The notes under the pieces are model-generated. The model did not search any database. It was not told the origin of the DNA and saw only the letters and a list, made by a program, of their open reading frames with translations. Made by a program: the position numbers and the translations under genes. From Catajapyx aquilonaris (lineage: Eukaryota), in the NCBI GenBank assembly GCA_000934665.2, contig KZ538852.1, positions 1 to 45,287 of the forward strand: a stretch of DNA of 45,287 bases, read 5' to 3'. This document shows, piece by piece, positions 26,596 through 38,032 of the stretch (position 1 is the stretch's first letter; every line of letters begins with the position of its first letter).

Positions 26596-27216
26596 CAGGG
26601 TGGGCGAAAAGTCCCAGGACACCAGGCTTTTTTTGCCTGCGAAACAAATCTGTGCATGGAAAATGTGTCTGGGATACTGGTGTGACATCGTCTGGACACA
26701 GACGGAACTGTTTGATGAGGGGAGACATCTGGGGACCCCCAACAACACCCACAGTAAGTTAACAGTGTTAACAGTGCAAGATGGCGGATATGAGCAGGTT
26801 CACTGTGGAGGAGAGAGTGGCTGCTGTGTGGGCCTCATACGGGAAAGAACATAACGCACACCATGCAGGATTTCAGGGCTGGTTTTGGTAAGGCGCCACC
26901 GAGCAGAAGTAACTTGTTCCAGTGGGAGAAAAAAGCATTCAGCACGGGAAGTGTCATGAGGTCTCTCGTCGTGGACCCACACAGCAGTCACAAGTCTCTC
27001 CTCCACAGTGAACCCATTCGTATCCGCCATCTTGCACTGTTATCACTGTTAACTTACTGTGGGTGTTGTTGGGGGTCCCCAGATGTCTCCCCTCATCAAA
27101 CAGTTCCATCTGTGTCCAGACGATGTCACGTACACCAGTATCTCATGCACATTTTCCATGCACAGATTTGTTTCGCAGGCAAAAAAAAAAGCCTGGTGTC
27201 CTGGGACCTGGGACTG
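26596..27216. mobile_element. Tc1/mariner-derived foldback MITE (two inverted transposase 5' ends)
   Basis: TA-flanked CAGGGTG... end; ~230-bp inverted arms; N-terminal HTH-like remnants MADTNGFTVEERLVTAVWVH (-) and FGKAPPSRSNLFQWEKKAFSTGSV (+). Confidence 0.85.
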
Positions 27217-27609
27217 TAATTTGCCTCTAGTAACAGCACAAAGGTAAAGGACCTCATCTTATTATCGCCACAGTGCTGCAATGCATATTGACCCAAAGCT
27301 ATGTCTCGCCATTGCCAATTTTATGTTATCTGCATTATTTGTGATATAGAAATGAAATATCATATGTGTTGGGAGTTTCATAATTAGCTTAATATGAATT
27401 GCCATGCCTCTATTCTGTTGACGAGATGTTCGGGAGAACAGCAAGTTATACTCATTTTAGTTCAGTTTCTCTCCGAGGTTCGAAGTTGGGGGTAGGTAGT
27501 AAGAGGAGGTGAAAAATAGTGAGGCTAGACTCTCCATTGTTAACATAAGGGGTATCCATAACAAGGAGGATATTATTAGAAAAGCATTTTGTTGATGCGC
27601 GTTTAGATA

Positions 27610-28369
27610 CGAGGGCCGTACTAAAATGATTGACAATTTATTTTTTGCCGCAAATACAGTGCCTGTACAGCGGTCAGCAGATAGTCACATATTATAGATA
27701 GAATCCTCCTGGAGGTGAATACACAGGAGCATGGGTGTGAAACCTCTCCTTGCCCTCCAGGAAGAATTTTTTGGAGGAACTTCACACCCACTCCCGGACA
27801 ACTGCTTGCAGTCAACCAAGTCCTCGACATGGCGTCGACAAAGGTTTTTTTTTTTCATGTCTCTGAACAGGCGAAAGTTACTGGGTGCCATGTCTGGTGA
27901 GTATGGCGGGTGTGGAAGCACCGAAACCCAGATCCAGGGAAAAAAAACCCATTGCCAATGCCATTTCGAGGACATTGTTTATAGTTGTTGACTGTGAGCA
28001 GTTGTCCGGTAGTGGTGCGTCGCACCTCCAAAAGGTGGTTCCTGGAGGGCCTGGAGAGCCTGGAGAGGTTGACACACATGTGGTGGTATGACATTTGGCT
28101 CCAGGAGGACTCTATCTATAATGTGTCACTATCTGCCTACCTGCTGTACAGTGCTGGCCATATATCGAGGCAACCGTCAGCGACACTTTTCCGAAGCGGC
28201 AGAAGAAGGAATCTTGCTCGCCCGGCTTGTAGCATGCTCATCTTCAATTCCTTCTTCTGCCGCTTAGGGAAAATGTCACTGGCGGTTGCCTCGATATATG
28301 GCCAGCACTGTACAGGCACTGTATTTGTGGCAAAAAAATAAATTGCCAATCATTTTAGTATGGCCCTCG
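27610..28369 (-). mobile_element. Deleted/rearranged mariner element
   Basis: TA TSD; TIR CGAGGGCCgTACTAAAATGATTG; - strand peptide VLPHPPYSPDMAPSNFRLF (mariner YSPDLAP motif). Confidence 0.9.
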
Positions 28370-28877
28370 TATAATGTGCTTGTGATAGACCAAGATGAAA
28401 GGTTGTTCAGAAGGTGATTTCAATGGGTGAATAGGTATCTGGTCTGATGTAGATGAAAGGAAGAGGGCTTGTCAGGTGTGGGTATACTTATTAGTCCTAA
28501 GCTGGTTCACTGTGTGAAAGCGTTATTTAGTCAGGTCAGTGAGAGAATTATGTGGGTGAGTCTGAAGGTGGTTAAGACTAGGATTGTGATAGTGGCTATG
28601 TATGCACCAGTTGACTCATCTTTGGAAGAGGATATAAGGAGAGGTTCTGGGATAGTTTAACCCTAGAACCATGACGTGGGGTCTTTTAGGACCCCAAAGG
28701 AAATAAAATGCATCACAGTGAGTGACCTTGAAACGATAATGACCTGAAACTCCTGTATTTCTTTAAAAAACCTCATTTCATGGATCAAATCTGGTTTCTC
28801 AGATATTCTGTATGAGACTTGTGATAGAAAAGTATTTAGCTGTAAACAAGCAGGTTTATGTTGCCTTTGTAGACTTA

Positions 28878-29036
28878 GGCTGGGTTGCACCGGCTCCCAG
28901 AAAATTTGTCTGGCCAAAGAAGAGCCAGGATAGTTTGTTATTCATTGTTGACATAATTGTTGACAACAATGAATAACAAGCAAATCGGGCTCTTCGTCGG
29001 CCAGACAAATTTTCCAGGAGCCAGTGCAACCCGGCC
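28878..29036. mobile_element. PIF/Harbinger (Tourist-like) MITE, copy 2
   Basis: TTA TSD; near-identical to 21178-21333. Confidence 0.85.
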
Positions 29037-29256
29037 TTAGAGAAAGCCTATGACACAGTAAGTAGGGTAGGTTTGTGGGAAGTTCCGAGTCTACATGGAG
29101 TGAAGGGTTCCCTGTTGGAGGCTGTAAAGTCATTGTATGAAGAGAGTAGAACTAGTGGGGCTTTCTCTGACTGGTTTAACATTAGTGTTGGGGTTAATCA
29201 GAGTTGTGTCACGTCTCCCTGGTTATTTAACTTGTATTTAGATTCATGTGTAAGGG

Positions 29257-29600
29257 GGGGGGGGGAAGTGTAGATGCCCAAGATAGTAACGTCTTGGCTT
29301 GCTGAGGGAAAGGCTCCGGTTCAATTCCTGCCTGTGGAGTTTTCCTTTCACCTGTGTCAGGAGGGTCTCTGACCTGCGCCTTGGGAGGTGTCTGGCAACC
29401 TAACCTCCTGGGGAACAGCACATGGCCCCTTTACAGACCTTGCACTTGCACCACATGTTCCCTCCTCAAAAATCCCTATCCTTACCCATGTCCCTGTCTC
29501 CTTTCACCGGTGAGCGAAGAAAAATGGTACACAGTTACAGGCCACCCCCCTAAAAAGGCTCCGCCTTATCACGGGGTAACGTAAAGAAAGAATAAAGAAA
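29257..29600 (+). mobile_element. tRNA-derived SINE family 1 inserted in the LINE RT
   Basis: Homologous to 21362 and 37388; flanked by approximate duplication gat(t/g)catg..tgtaaggg. Confidence 0.85.
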
Positions 29601-30215
29601 GATGCATGAGTGTGTAAGGGAAGCTATGATTGAAGGTGTAGGAGTACATTTTGGTGATGATATAGTTAGTCACTTGCTGTATGCGGATGATTATGCCTTT
29701 CTGGCGGAGAGTGAGGCTGATTTACAGTCAAGTCTGTCCAAGTTGGACAAAGTTTGTGAGAAGAGGGGTATGAGGATTAACGTAGATAAGACTAAGGTAT
29801 TGGTATTTGAGAGAGGACAGCAGGTTTCTCCTTGTATGTTGCAGGTACGAGGAAAACTGGTTGAGCAGGTCAACCAGTTTGTATACCTGGGTAGTGTCCT
29901 TGAGAGTAATGGTAGAATGGATGGGGAGATTGACAGGAGAGTTAGTTCTGGGTTGAAAGTGATAGGTGCCACAAGTAAGTTCTCTAGAAATAAGGACTTA
30001 TCTTCTGCCTGTAGGTTGCCTGTCTATTCGCACGTTATTGTTCCTTCACTTATGTATGGTAATGAAGAGCGGGCTTGGTCAGATAGGCATAAGAGTAGGG
30101 TGTTGGCTACAGAGATGCGTTAAATCCGGGCTGTTTGTGGGGTTACTAAGTTGGATAGGATTAGGAATGAGGAGATTTTGCAGAGGTGTAATATTTAGGA
30201 GACTGTTAAAGATAA

Positions 30216-30759
30216 GGGTTGAAATTTTCGTCCTACTGATAGTCATTGCTAACTCATCAGTAGGCCTACCATTGCCAACACTGGTACTGCTAAGTTAGCA
30301 GTGACTGTACAGGGTGTATCTGAACTCAGTGCACAGACGTATATGACTGCCTTCCTAGCCACTAGAGGATCAACTTATGTAGAGGAGTCATTATGTCTGG
30401 GCAGCCTCATTACTAAGATACTCTTTAGCGATTTTTGCCTAATCGCTCCTTCTGACTTTGAAATAGAATTTTCTGGTGTAACTAGCCAAAGAGACCTTGC
30501 CACCTGTGGGCAACAAACCAACAAAGTCCGGCCCCCAGACCTTCCAGAGCCTTCTGACTGGGGGAGGGTTCGATGGGTGGCCTAACCGACAGGATATTTT
30601 GTACTACATGTTTGCGGCCAATTATCTCAGTAATGTGGCGGCCAGACATAATGACTCCTATACTTAAATGGATCCTCTGGTGGCTAGGAAGGCAGTCATA
30701 TACGTCTGTGCACTGAGTTCAGATACACCCTGTATATCAGTGGGACGAAAATTCCACCC
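30216..30759. mobile_element. Small MITE (same family as 23893-24310) inserted in the LINE
   Basis: gggttgaaattttcgtcctactg ... cagtgggacgaaaattccaccc; internal gccaacactggtact is the reverse complement of sequence near 24257. Confidence 0.75.
30310..30732. mobile_element. Tc1/mariner MITE nested in the 30216-30759 MITE
   Basis: TA TSD; ~60-bp near-perfect TIR CAGGGTGTATCTGAACTCAGTGCACAGACGTATATGACTGCCTTCCTAGCCAC. Confidence 0.9.
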
Positions 30760-31315
30760 ATGGTGTATAGGACAAATCTAAGGTGGTTTGGGCCATGTGG
30801 AGAGGATGAAGGAGGAGGAGATAACGAAGGTTTATTTCAATGGAGTAGTTGGTATGAGTGGCACAAGGCCTATTCCTAGGAAGACATGGTTGGACCATGT
30901 GGGTCAGTGTCTTAAGCATAAGGGTGTTGCTAGTGTTAAGCCTAGAGGTTCAGAGGACCATGGACGTGGCTGAGGCTAAGGTTGTTTGTTTAGACAAGTG
31001 TAAATGGCATAGGGTAATTAATGGGGGTGAGTAATGGAGGAGGAGGGAGGGACACAGGAGATGTTAGGAGCATTCACGCAGACAATTACACATGAGGGGG
31101 TGGGGGGTAGGACAGGTAGTTTATAGTTTTATTTTTATAATATTTAATTTAATTCATATGTGGGGTTAACTTGCTTCTCCCTTCATCACTGACTACCCCT
31201 TATAGGGAAATGTCGTGACGTTGTTGTTGTTGTAGTTTGCTTGCAGATTGCCATGCTTGAGTTTGACTTCTATTTGTTGAAACCTGTGTCTTAATGTCTT
31301 CTTTTGATGTTGCAG

Positions 31316-31494
31316 GATGTGCAATGGATAAGGTGCGAACTAATCATCTGAAGATAGATGACACATGCATTGCATGCAGGTTACTCTCAGTGAAACCGGT
31401 GGAATGCCATCCTTTCTTTTCTGGAGGAATCTGTGAAAAGTGCAAGAAGAAATTAATCAAGACCCTTTATGTTTGCGGAGAAGATGGAACCAGT
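31316..31494 (+). CDS. Dnmt3: DNMT3-like coding exon 2: ADD domain, GATA-like finger (CIAC...HPFFSGGICEKC...GEDG)
   Basis: Aligns by eye to DNMT3A CISC...HPLFVGGMCQNC...DDDG; tgCAG acceptor, GTAAGT donor at 31495; phase 1 to 0. Confidence 0.95.
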
Positions 31495-31658
31495 GTAAGT
31501 GAATTTCTATTAATCTCGTAGTTAACACTTATTTGGATCATTATAATTATGAAGTGAATTGTTCAATGCGAAAGATGATTACTGTATTACCCCATGTATT
31601 GTGGCTGGTCAAAACAGTGGAGACCTGCGGGTTGTGCCCTTTTTGTCTCTTTATTTTA

Positions 31659-32045
31659 CATAGATGCGGCACCCGGCTTTGCCCGGGAAGAAATGAATGA
31701 AGGGAAAACACCTGCCAGTAGCCACGTCAAAATCCTCACGCACAGAGAGCCGCAGTGATAGTTTTCCCAGCCGTTTTGGACTTGGCAAGAAGTCGACATT
31801 TGCACGTGCCACCTTGTTCATCAGCTCCTCATTAAGGCGCCGGAGAACAATAACATCTCTCCGGCGGTGCCTCCCCCCACCTGCTGATAAAGTGGATGTA
31901 CTCTAATCCCACCTCAGCTGCAACCCCTCCCGTCCTTCCCACCCGGACCACAGATGGGAGGCAAATGACGGTTGGCAGGCGGACAGACAGATAGACGGAA
32001 AGACGGAAAGACAGACAGACTCACAAACGGCTTTATTTATATAGA
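31659..32045 (-). mobile_element. Non-autonomous Helitron (Lep1-like)
   Basis: - strand A|TCTATATAAATAAA 5' end, (CTGT)n microsatellite, 3' hairpin CCCGGGCAAAGCCGGG before a degenerate CTAG. Confidence 0.7.
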
Positions 32046-32233
32046 TGAGTCAAGTCATGGTAGCACATGTTTTTGCTGGCCCTTCCCCAAATAAGCATTA
32101 TTATCAAGAGGGAGCCACCTCCAGAAGGAATTAAGGCAGGATCTGCAATTAGGGTGGTATCATAAAGTGGCTGAGCTTGAACTTGGCCTGAGAAATGGAA
32201 TGTGTGATATGACAGGATATATTCATATACAGT

Positions 32234-32453
32234 AGGGTCACCTCTGGCTTTGTCTCGGGTGGTATTTCCGTTAAGACAAACCACCCGGGGAAGTTCACTA
32301 AAAATGGCCACACAAGGACATAGCACTGCACCTTGCACATGCCTCCTGTGATCCTGCCCGTGGGCCCAGGCGCTTTAATAAATAGGTTCCAAAAATGTAC
32401 ATTGTACAAATAAAGATCTGTGCTACATGCCCAGAGGCCAAGCACTACCCGGA

Positions 32454-32547
<94 letters not shown>
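32234..32547 (+). mobile_element. 5'-truncated SINE family 2 with expanded (ATT)n tail
   Basis: Matches 7557-7790 (agggtcacctctggct..gtctcgggtggtatttcc...); (ATT)n tract ~32455-32545; tatacagta flanks both sides. Confidence 0.85.
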
Positions 32548-32548
<1 letters not shown>

Positions 32549-32590
32549 ATACAGTAAGTAACATTTGTGTTCCCCCCGCCCCTCTTACAG

Positions 32591-32655
32591 GTTTATTGCA
32601 TCATCTGCAGCGATGCTAAGCAAGTGATTACTTGCTCAAAACGCACTTGCAACAG
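32591..32655 (+). CDS. Dnmt3: DNMT3-like coding exon 3: ADD PHD finger (VYCIICSDAKQVITCSKRTCN)
   Basis: cf. DNMT3A [20 protein letters not shown]; ttaCAG acceptor, AG|GTATT donor; phase 0 to 2; not in the ORF track. Confidence 0.95.
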
Positions 32656-32740
32656 GTATTGTCTTTTATGCTGTTCCTCAGAGGACATAATGGGAATGAT
32701 GAAACAGAATTTTTCAGTCATGCTTTCATTACATTTATAG

Positions 32741-32894
32741 TACGTTTTGCAAGAAATGTTTGAAGGCCTTGGCAGGCCCAGGTGAAGTAGAAATGATTTT
32801 GGGAGATGACCTCTCGACATGGCTCTGCTACTTTTGCAGGGATGACTATGAAGGCATTGATTTTCTTGTCAAGCGGGATGGGTGGCAGCGTTAT
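32741..32894 (+). CDS. Dnmt3: DNMT3-like coding exon 4: ADD C-terminal part (FCKKCLKALAGPG...WLCYFC...KRDGW)
   Basis: cf. DNMT3A FCVECVDLLVGPG...WNCYMC...RREDW; ttaTAG acceptor, GTAAGT donor; phase 2 to 0. Confidence 0.95.
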
Positions 32895-32957
32895 GTAAGT
32901 ATATTACTAGGCAGCAACAGACTCATGAGTGTATTATTAAATATTTTTGTATTTCAG

Positions 32958-33060
32958 GTAATCAAATTATACTCACCTTTTTACTACATCAGTAATAAAA
33001 ATGTGAGTTATAAGATTCGACAAATGCGAGTTTTATCCATATTTGATGGAATCGGAACAG
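32958..33060 (+). CDS. Dnmt3: DNMT3-like coding exon 5: linker and MTase motif I (MRVLSIFDGIGTG)
   Basis: cf. DNMT3A IRVLSLFDGIATG; tttCAG acceptor, CAG|GTATTG donor; phase 0 to 1. Confidence 0.95.
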
Positions 33061-33503
33061 GTATTGTGAAAGATTCATTATTTTTATGTGGGAAATGTCA
33101 GTGTCAGGGAGGTTTTGAAGTGACCAGTAACTACAAACCTGAAATTGTGACATCAACCAGTTTTGATTGTTCTGGGATGCATTAGTATGGGCACATCAAT
33201 TGACAGTTTCAGGTATTCTTTCTGAATGATTTCTCATTAGAAGGTGTTTTACTCTCTCAGTTGATATGGTGTCCAAATCAAAAATCATGGGCGATTTTAT
33301 AAATACATTCATTATTGCAGTTGAATGAGAGGGCTCATTTTAGTAACTTTATCATCATTTCATGTGTTGTTTGTTATTCCTTATAAATTATAATATTAGG
33401 TGAAAAAATGAAACTCAATTTTAGCCTCCTTCGATCTCCAACTGGGAAATTTGGATTCGGAAATTAACTTTTTTGAACTTCAAATGGCCACCAAAAGCAT
33501 TAA

Positions 33504-33964
33504 CCCTTAACTACGTAGGTGGCGCCTGAGAGGCTCCAAGCACTATTTAAACGCATGTAACTTTTTCATTGAATTTTATTTTCCCCTGTCCTTCTTTGTC
33601 AGAAAAACCTTCCTAAGCATGAAAAGGAAAGTAAATTTTTTAAAGTCCCTATTGTTTGGTTAAAAAAAATTCGTAACGAGGAACAGGTCCCTCCTGGAAC
33701 CGATGAGGCTCTATATCTCGTAGGTGAAGTCTGAGCAGCTCAAGCATGATGTAACCTTTTAAGAATTTTTCCCTGTCGGAATATGCTGACTCAGCGTGTG
33801 ATTTTTACGTTTTCGGAAGCCTAGTGATCTGAACTGCACTTTCTGTATGTGAAAAGTCCAATATAACAATTTAGTTGATAAGCAGAAATTTAAATATACC
33901 GTTGGAGCCTCTCAGGCTCCACCTACGTAGTTAAAGGTGTTTCGCCCACCTACGTAGTTAAGGG
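33504..33964. mobile_element. piggyBac-type non-autonomous element
   Basis: TTAA TSD (33500-03, 33965-68); TIR CCCTTAACTACGTAGGTGG; duplicated subterminal copy at the right end. Confidence 0.9.
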
Positions 33965-34621
33965 TTAAGATTGTTTAAAAATCTTTGTTTTACAGAAACG
34001 ATTTTGTAGAGAGTAGCCAGTAATCCAGTAAAATTAATATTAGTGGAGTTAATGCAGATTTCCCATTGTGTTTATGAAATTTAGATTACTCCTCAAGAAC
34101 AGTAAGCTACTCATAAACCTGAGCATTTTCTAGCATTGTCATAAAAAAAACATTGTATAACAGTTCTATATGTGGCCAAATAAAGTTGGGAAAAATTGCA
34201 CAATAATAATTTTCAAAACCTACTTTCTCAGCTGGGGGATCTCATTAAGGTCAAACTGAGTTTCATTTTTCATCAAATATTACTGCAGTAGAACATTATC
34301 TTAAAATTATTGCGAGTCACTGCAAAATCAATCCTGGGAGGTATCCTTTCATTGCAAAGAGAGCTGCTGCTGTTAATACGCCAAAAGGACGAATTGAACC
34401 TTTTCATAATTTTACAGGCGAGCCAAAAGAAACCTGCAAACTGATATACTAAAAAAGAAGATGCCATGACAAGCAAAATGGGGATAGTGAACAAAATGTA
34501 CTTCCCATGATCATGAGGCACACGCATTACTCATGTAATATGCATGTATCAATGACATAGTCAGAATTCGCCCTTTTGTCAGCTTTTACTTGGACCAAGT
34601 GATTGTTGCAAAAAAGAAGTA

Positions 34622-36075
34622 GGGGAGATCAGGGTCGGTTGTAATAGGGTATGATTGTAGCATTGCCAATAATAAATACGTTTGGAAAGCCCTGAAGCTG
34701 AAACTCACACAGCACGTGTGTCACTATGGCTCTCAGCCAGGCAAAACTTAGGCGTCTCCTTTTTGGTTTTTTGTTCTTCTATATGCAAAAAACCAAAATC
34801 AAGGTGTGTTCCCAACTTTTCAAGTGACAGTAATCAAGTGATTATGTGAAGGGTAGAGGTGACATTTTTGAATTGCCCTTGGTATCATGAGAAAGGTTCC
34901 TGTAGTGGGGTCACACTGACCGTATGTGGATGACCAAATCATGTGTACAGTTAAAAAGTAGTAAGCATATCTGCAAGACAACACACAACAGTTGTAACAG
35001 CTTACTTTGGGGTCAGTTGTAACGTGGTAAAATCATAAGAGAAAGGTCACGTCGGTCATGTCTGTGTACAGATGTTACAGCTACACATGTCACATATCTC
35101 ACAGGATATTGAGAGTAGAAGTAATTATTATTTTGTGCAATAAAGCCTCTTATAACCAGTTGGTCGAAAATTTATATGAATAAAAAATCTATTCTCTTTG
35201 AATACTATTCTGCTGAATAAATTCCAGTGTATCGAGAGATATAGAGCAATCTATGTGGATCAAGTAGGTCATAAAGACAATTTCCGAGAAGATGAGTGGG
35301 TGTAAACTGTTCTTCCATATTACATTTGCCATTTAAGACGTAGTGTTACAATCGACCCCGCCCTCTGTTACAACTGCCCGTATGATGGGGTCGGTTGTGA
35401 CACTCGGCCTTGCCTTGGAAAAATATTTATACATCTATCAATTTTTAAGGGGGCGCACTAGTAAAAAAATACGGTAACAATCGGTAACAATGCGAGCCCT
35501 TGGCGACTACGTAAACAAACTCGCGTTTGCATGGACAGCATATGGGGATTCGACATGTCCACGCTTCTGCGGCCGTACGGCCACAAAAATGGAGCAATGG
35601 ACACAAAAATTACACCAAAAAATAGGACATGATCTGGCGCAGGGCACCTTCGGCGTCATTTTACCATTTTCGGCCTAGAAGTGACCTTTTCATCAAGTTG
35701 AAGTGAAGGAAAATGGCGTTCCCGAAAAGCCCATATGAATAACATGGCGGGAGGAACGCGACAAATTCGGGAACGCTTCGGCGCCCGTATGTCCACAATT
35801 TTAATGCAATCATATCGAGTATGGTACCATAGTAAAGACCAAACCTTTCCGCAGGGCACCTTCGGCGTGATTTTTCCGATTAACCGTTCGTTTCGCCACA
35901 AAAAATAAAATTCCCTCAAAAATGCGCCTACCGTATTTTTACTCATGCGCCCCCTTAATCTTAAGATTTCATTATAGACAATTTTACATCATGTCAAAAA
36001 CCTGTGCCTAAATGCATATGTAACTGAATTAAAAAATCCATACTAAAAAGTGTTACAATCGACCCCGATCTCTCC
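34622..36075. mobile_element. TA-flanked non-autonomous DNA transposon (pogo-like)
   Basis: TIR GGGGAGATCaGGGTCGGTTGTAA / TTACAATCGACCCCGATCTCTCC; internal repeats of ggggtc(g/a)gttgt. Confidence 0.8.
35449..35954. mobile_element. TTAA-flanked element with GGGGGCGCA termini (Kolobok-like) nested in 34622-36075
   Basis: TTAA|GGGGGCGCA..AGTAAAAA..TACGGTA ... TACCGTATTTTTACTCATGCGCCCCC|TTAA. Confidence 0.8.
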
Positions 36076-36488
36076 TATATTAATTGTGCACAATATGGAG
36101 ATTTTTTTTTCAGGGTTATCACATTGCATGACAATGACAAGATTAGCATCGTAAGGGTTCATAAGTGAGACACTTCATAACATGTTACCTTCGTATGAAC
36201 ATAATTATACCATAAGGAAAGACACCAAAGTAACGTTTGCCGGAGCAAAATATTTTTGGCTACTGTTAATGCGAGAGATACATAGAGCTCTGAGAGGAAT
36301 CCTCACTTAAGAATGTAGTATCTTCTGGCTGAGTTTCACATTTTGTCTGAATGCGACACAACACTTTACGGTGCTGCCAGTGGCCAAAACTCAATTTTGG
36401 AAAAAATGTTGAATGTTGAAATGTTGTTTTGTCACATTAGCGCTATTTATGGAATTAATGATATTTAATACTATTAATTTTCAACCAG

Positions 36489-36713
36489 GACTCTATGTGC
36501 TGGATAAGTTAGGACTGAAAATTGAGAGATACCTGTCTGCTGAAAATGATGGCGATGCGAAGAATCTAGTCAGCTTGAAGTTTGGAGAAAAAATTAAGCC
36601 TCTGAGCTCAGTGGAGAATGTAGTTGGTTCAGAACTGGATAGTATGGGACAGATTGACCTGGTTCTTGCCAATATACCCTACACTGCTGCAGAGACACCA
36701 GAAGCTACAGCTG
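36489..36713 (+). CDS. Dnmt3: DNMT3-like coding exon 6: motifs II-IV (LYVLDKLGLKIERYLSAE...IDLVLANIPY)
   Basis: cf. DNMT3A LLVLKDLGIQVDRYIASE...FDLVIGGSPC; acCAG acceptor, G|GTGAGT donor; phase 1 to 1. Confidence 0.95.
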
Positions 36714-36761
36714 GTGAGTGATTAACTAGATTTGAATTAAAGTGTTTGTGGAGTGTAAGTA

Positions 36762-37775
36762 CAGGGTCATCGAAAAAGAATGTCCCTATTTTAAATCTGG
36801 CCATAACTCAAAAACTTGTAGACATATCTAAATCATTTCAGTTTTAAAATGCTAAGAAATGTCTAAGGTTTTGGCCTTACCATAGTTTGTTTCGATGTGA
36901 GCTCCATTTGTCACTCAGAAAATGCAAAGACAGTAATCGGTGTCGTGCCTAACCCGCTCAGACATGTCTGGCATTGCCGTTGCAGTCTAATGACGTAGGT
37001 GCTGGAGATGCCCGATCTTTTCACCATACGTGTATCTCCCAAAAAAGTCAATCGGGGTAAGATCCGGGCTTCTGGCAGGTGCTATGCCTGGAGAGACTTC
37101 TCATTCAAGACTTCTCACACTAGGAGGCTGAACAAATGAAACTTTCCTAATGCAGGATTGTTTCATGGATGAGGAGACTTTTTATGTGCGTCATCAAAAA
37201 TAATGTGTGGTGTAAAGACTTGTCATATCCAGCACCTATGGGATAGGATTGCAACAACACCGATTATCGCCTTTTTTGTCTGCTGAGCGACAAATTAAGC
37301 TAATATCTAAACAAAATAAGGTGATACCAAAACTGTAGACATTTCCTAGCATTTCATAACAGAAATCATGTAGATATGTTTACAAGTGGGGAGGTGTGGT
37401 GGCCGAGATGGTAACGTCTCGGCTTGCTGAGTGAAAGGTCCCAGGTTCGATCCCCGCCTGGGAGTTCCCTCTCACCTGCATCAGGAGGGTCTCTAACCCG
37501 GCACCTAGGAGGTGTCTGGCAATCTGACCTCCTGGGGGACTGCACATGGCCTGGCGCTTGACATTGCACCTGCACCCGTGTCCCCTCCCCAAAAATCCCT
37601 TTCCTTACCCTATGTCCTTCTTTCCCTATACCGGAGTAAAACCAACTAGAAAACTGATGGTGGTGTGCCATCCCCCTATAGACCCGTAAGGGTCATCGCA
37701 GGGTTTCAAAAAAAAGTTTACAAGTTTTCGAGTTACAGGGATTTAAAATAGTGACATTCTTTTTCGATGACCCTG
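36762..37775. mobile_element. Tc1/mariner non-autonomous element
   Basis: TA TSD; TIR CAGGGTCATCGAAAAAGAATGTC.CTATTTTAAATC; begins 48 bp after the exon 6 donor. Confidence 0.9.
37388..37715 (+). mobile_element. tRNA-derived SINE family 1 nested in the mariner element
   Basis: B box GGTTCGATCCC; A tail; 10-bp TSD gtttacaagt at 37378 and 37716. Confidence 0.9.
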
Positions 37776-38032
37776 TATAATATGCTCTTCCTATGGGTCG
37801 TGTCAAGAAAAAATGGGTCAAATTGCAGGATAAAGTAACCATGGATCAAGAGCATAAGCGCTTCTGCTCTGCAAGACTGGTTGTGGGGACAGGTCCACAA
37901 GCCATGTTTTCATGTATGAACACTCCCTTAGGAAGTTCAATTTATAGAAATTTCATTGTATTGGTAACTCCCCCTGAACAAGTGTTCATATATTTGAATA
38001 GGTATTGAATAATTTACTTATTTACTTTGCAG

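Larger units (their letters stand above)
28385..31235 (+). mobile_element. Fragmented non-LTR retrotransposon (RTE-like LINE): APE endonuclease and RT remnants
   Basis: GVGILISP...SERIMWV...AMYAP (APE); GVNQSCVTSPWLFNLYLD, LLYADD, GMRINVDKTKV, FVYLGS (RT); WFGHVERM; (GTT)n tail near 31220-31232; stops, frameshifts and nested insertions. Confidence 0.9.

Noticed and set aside
29602..30123. 173-aa RT ORF as a functional or domesticated reverse transcriptase
   Set aside because: Fragment of a LINE with stops, deletions and nested insertions
32395..32619. Poly-isoleucine ORF
   Set aside because: Translation of the (ATT)n SINE tail
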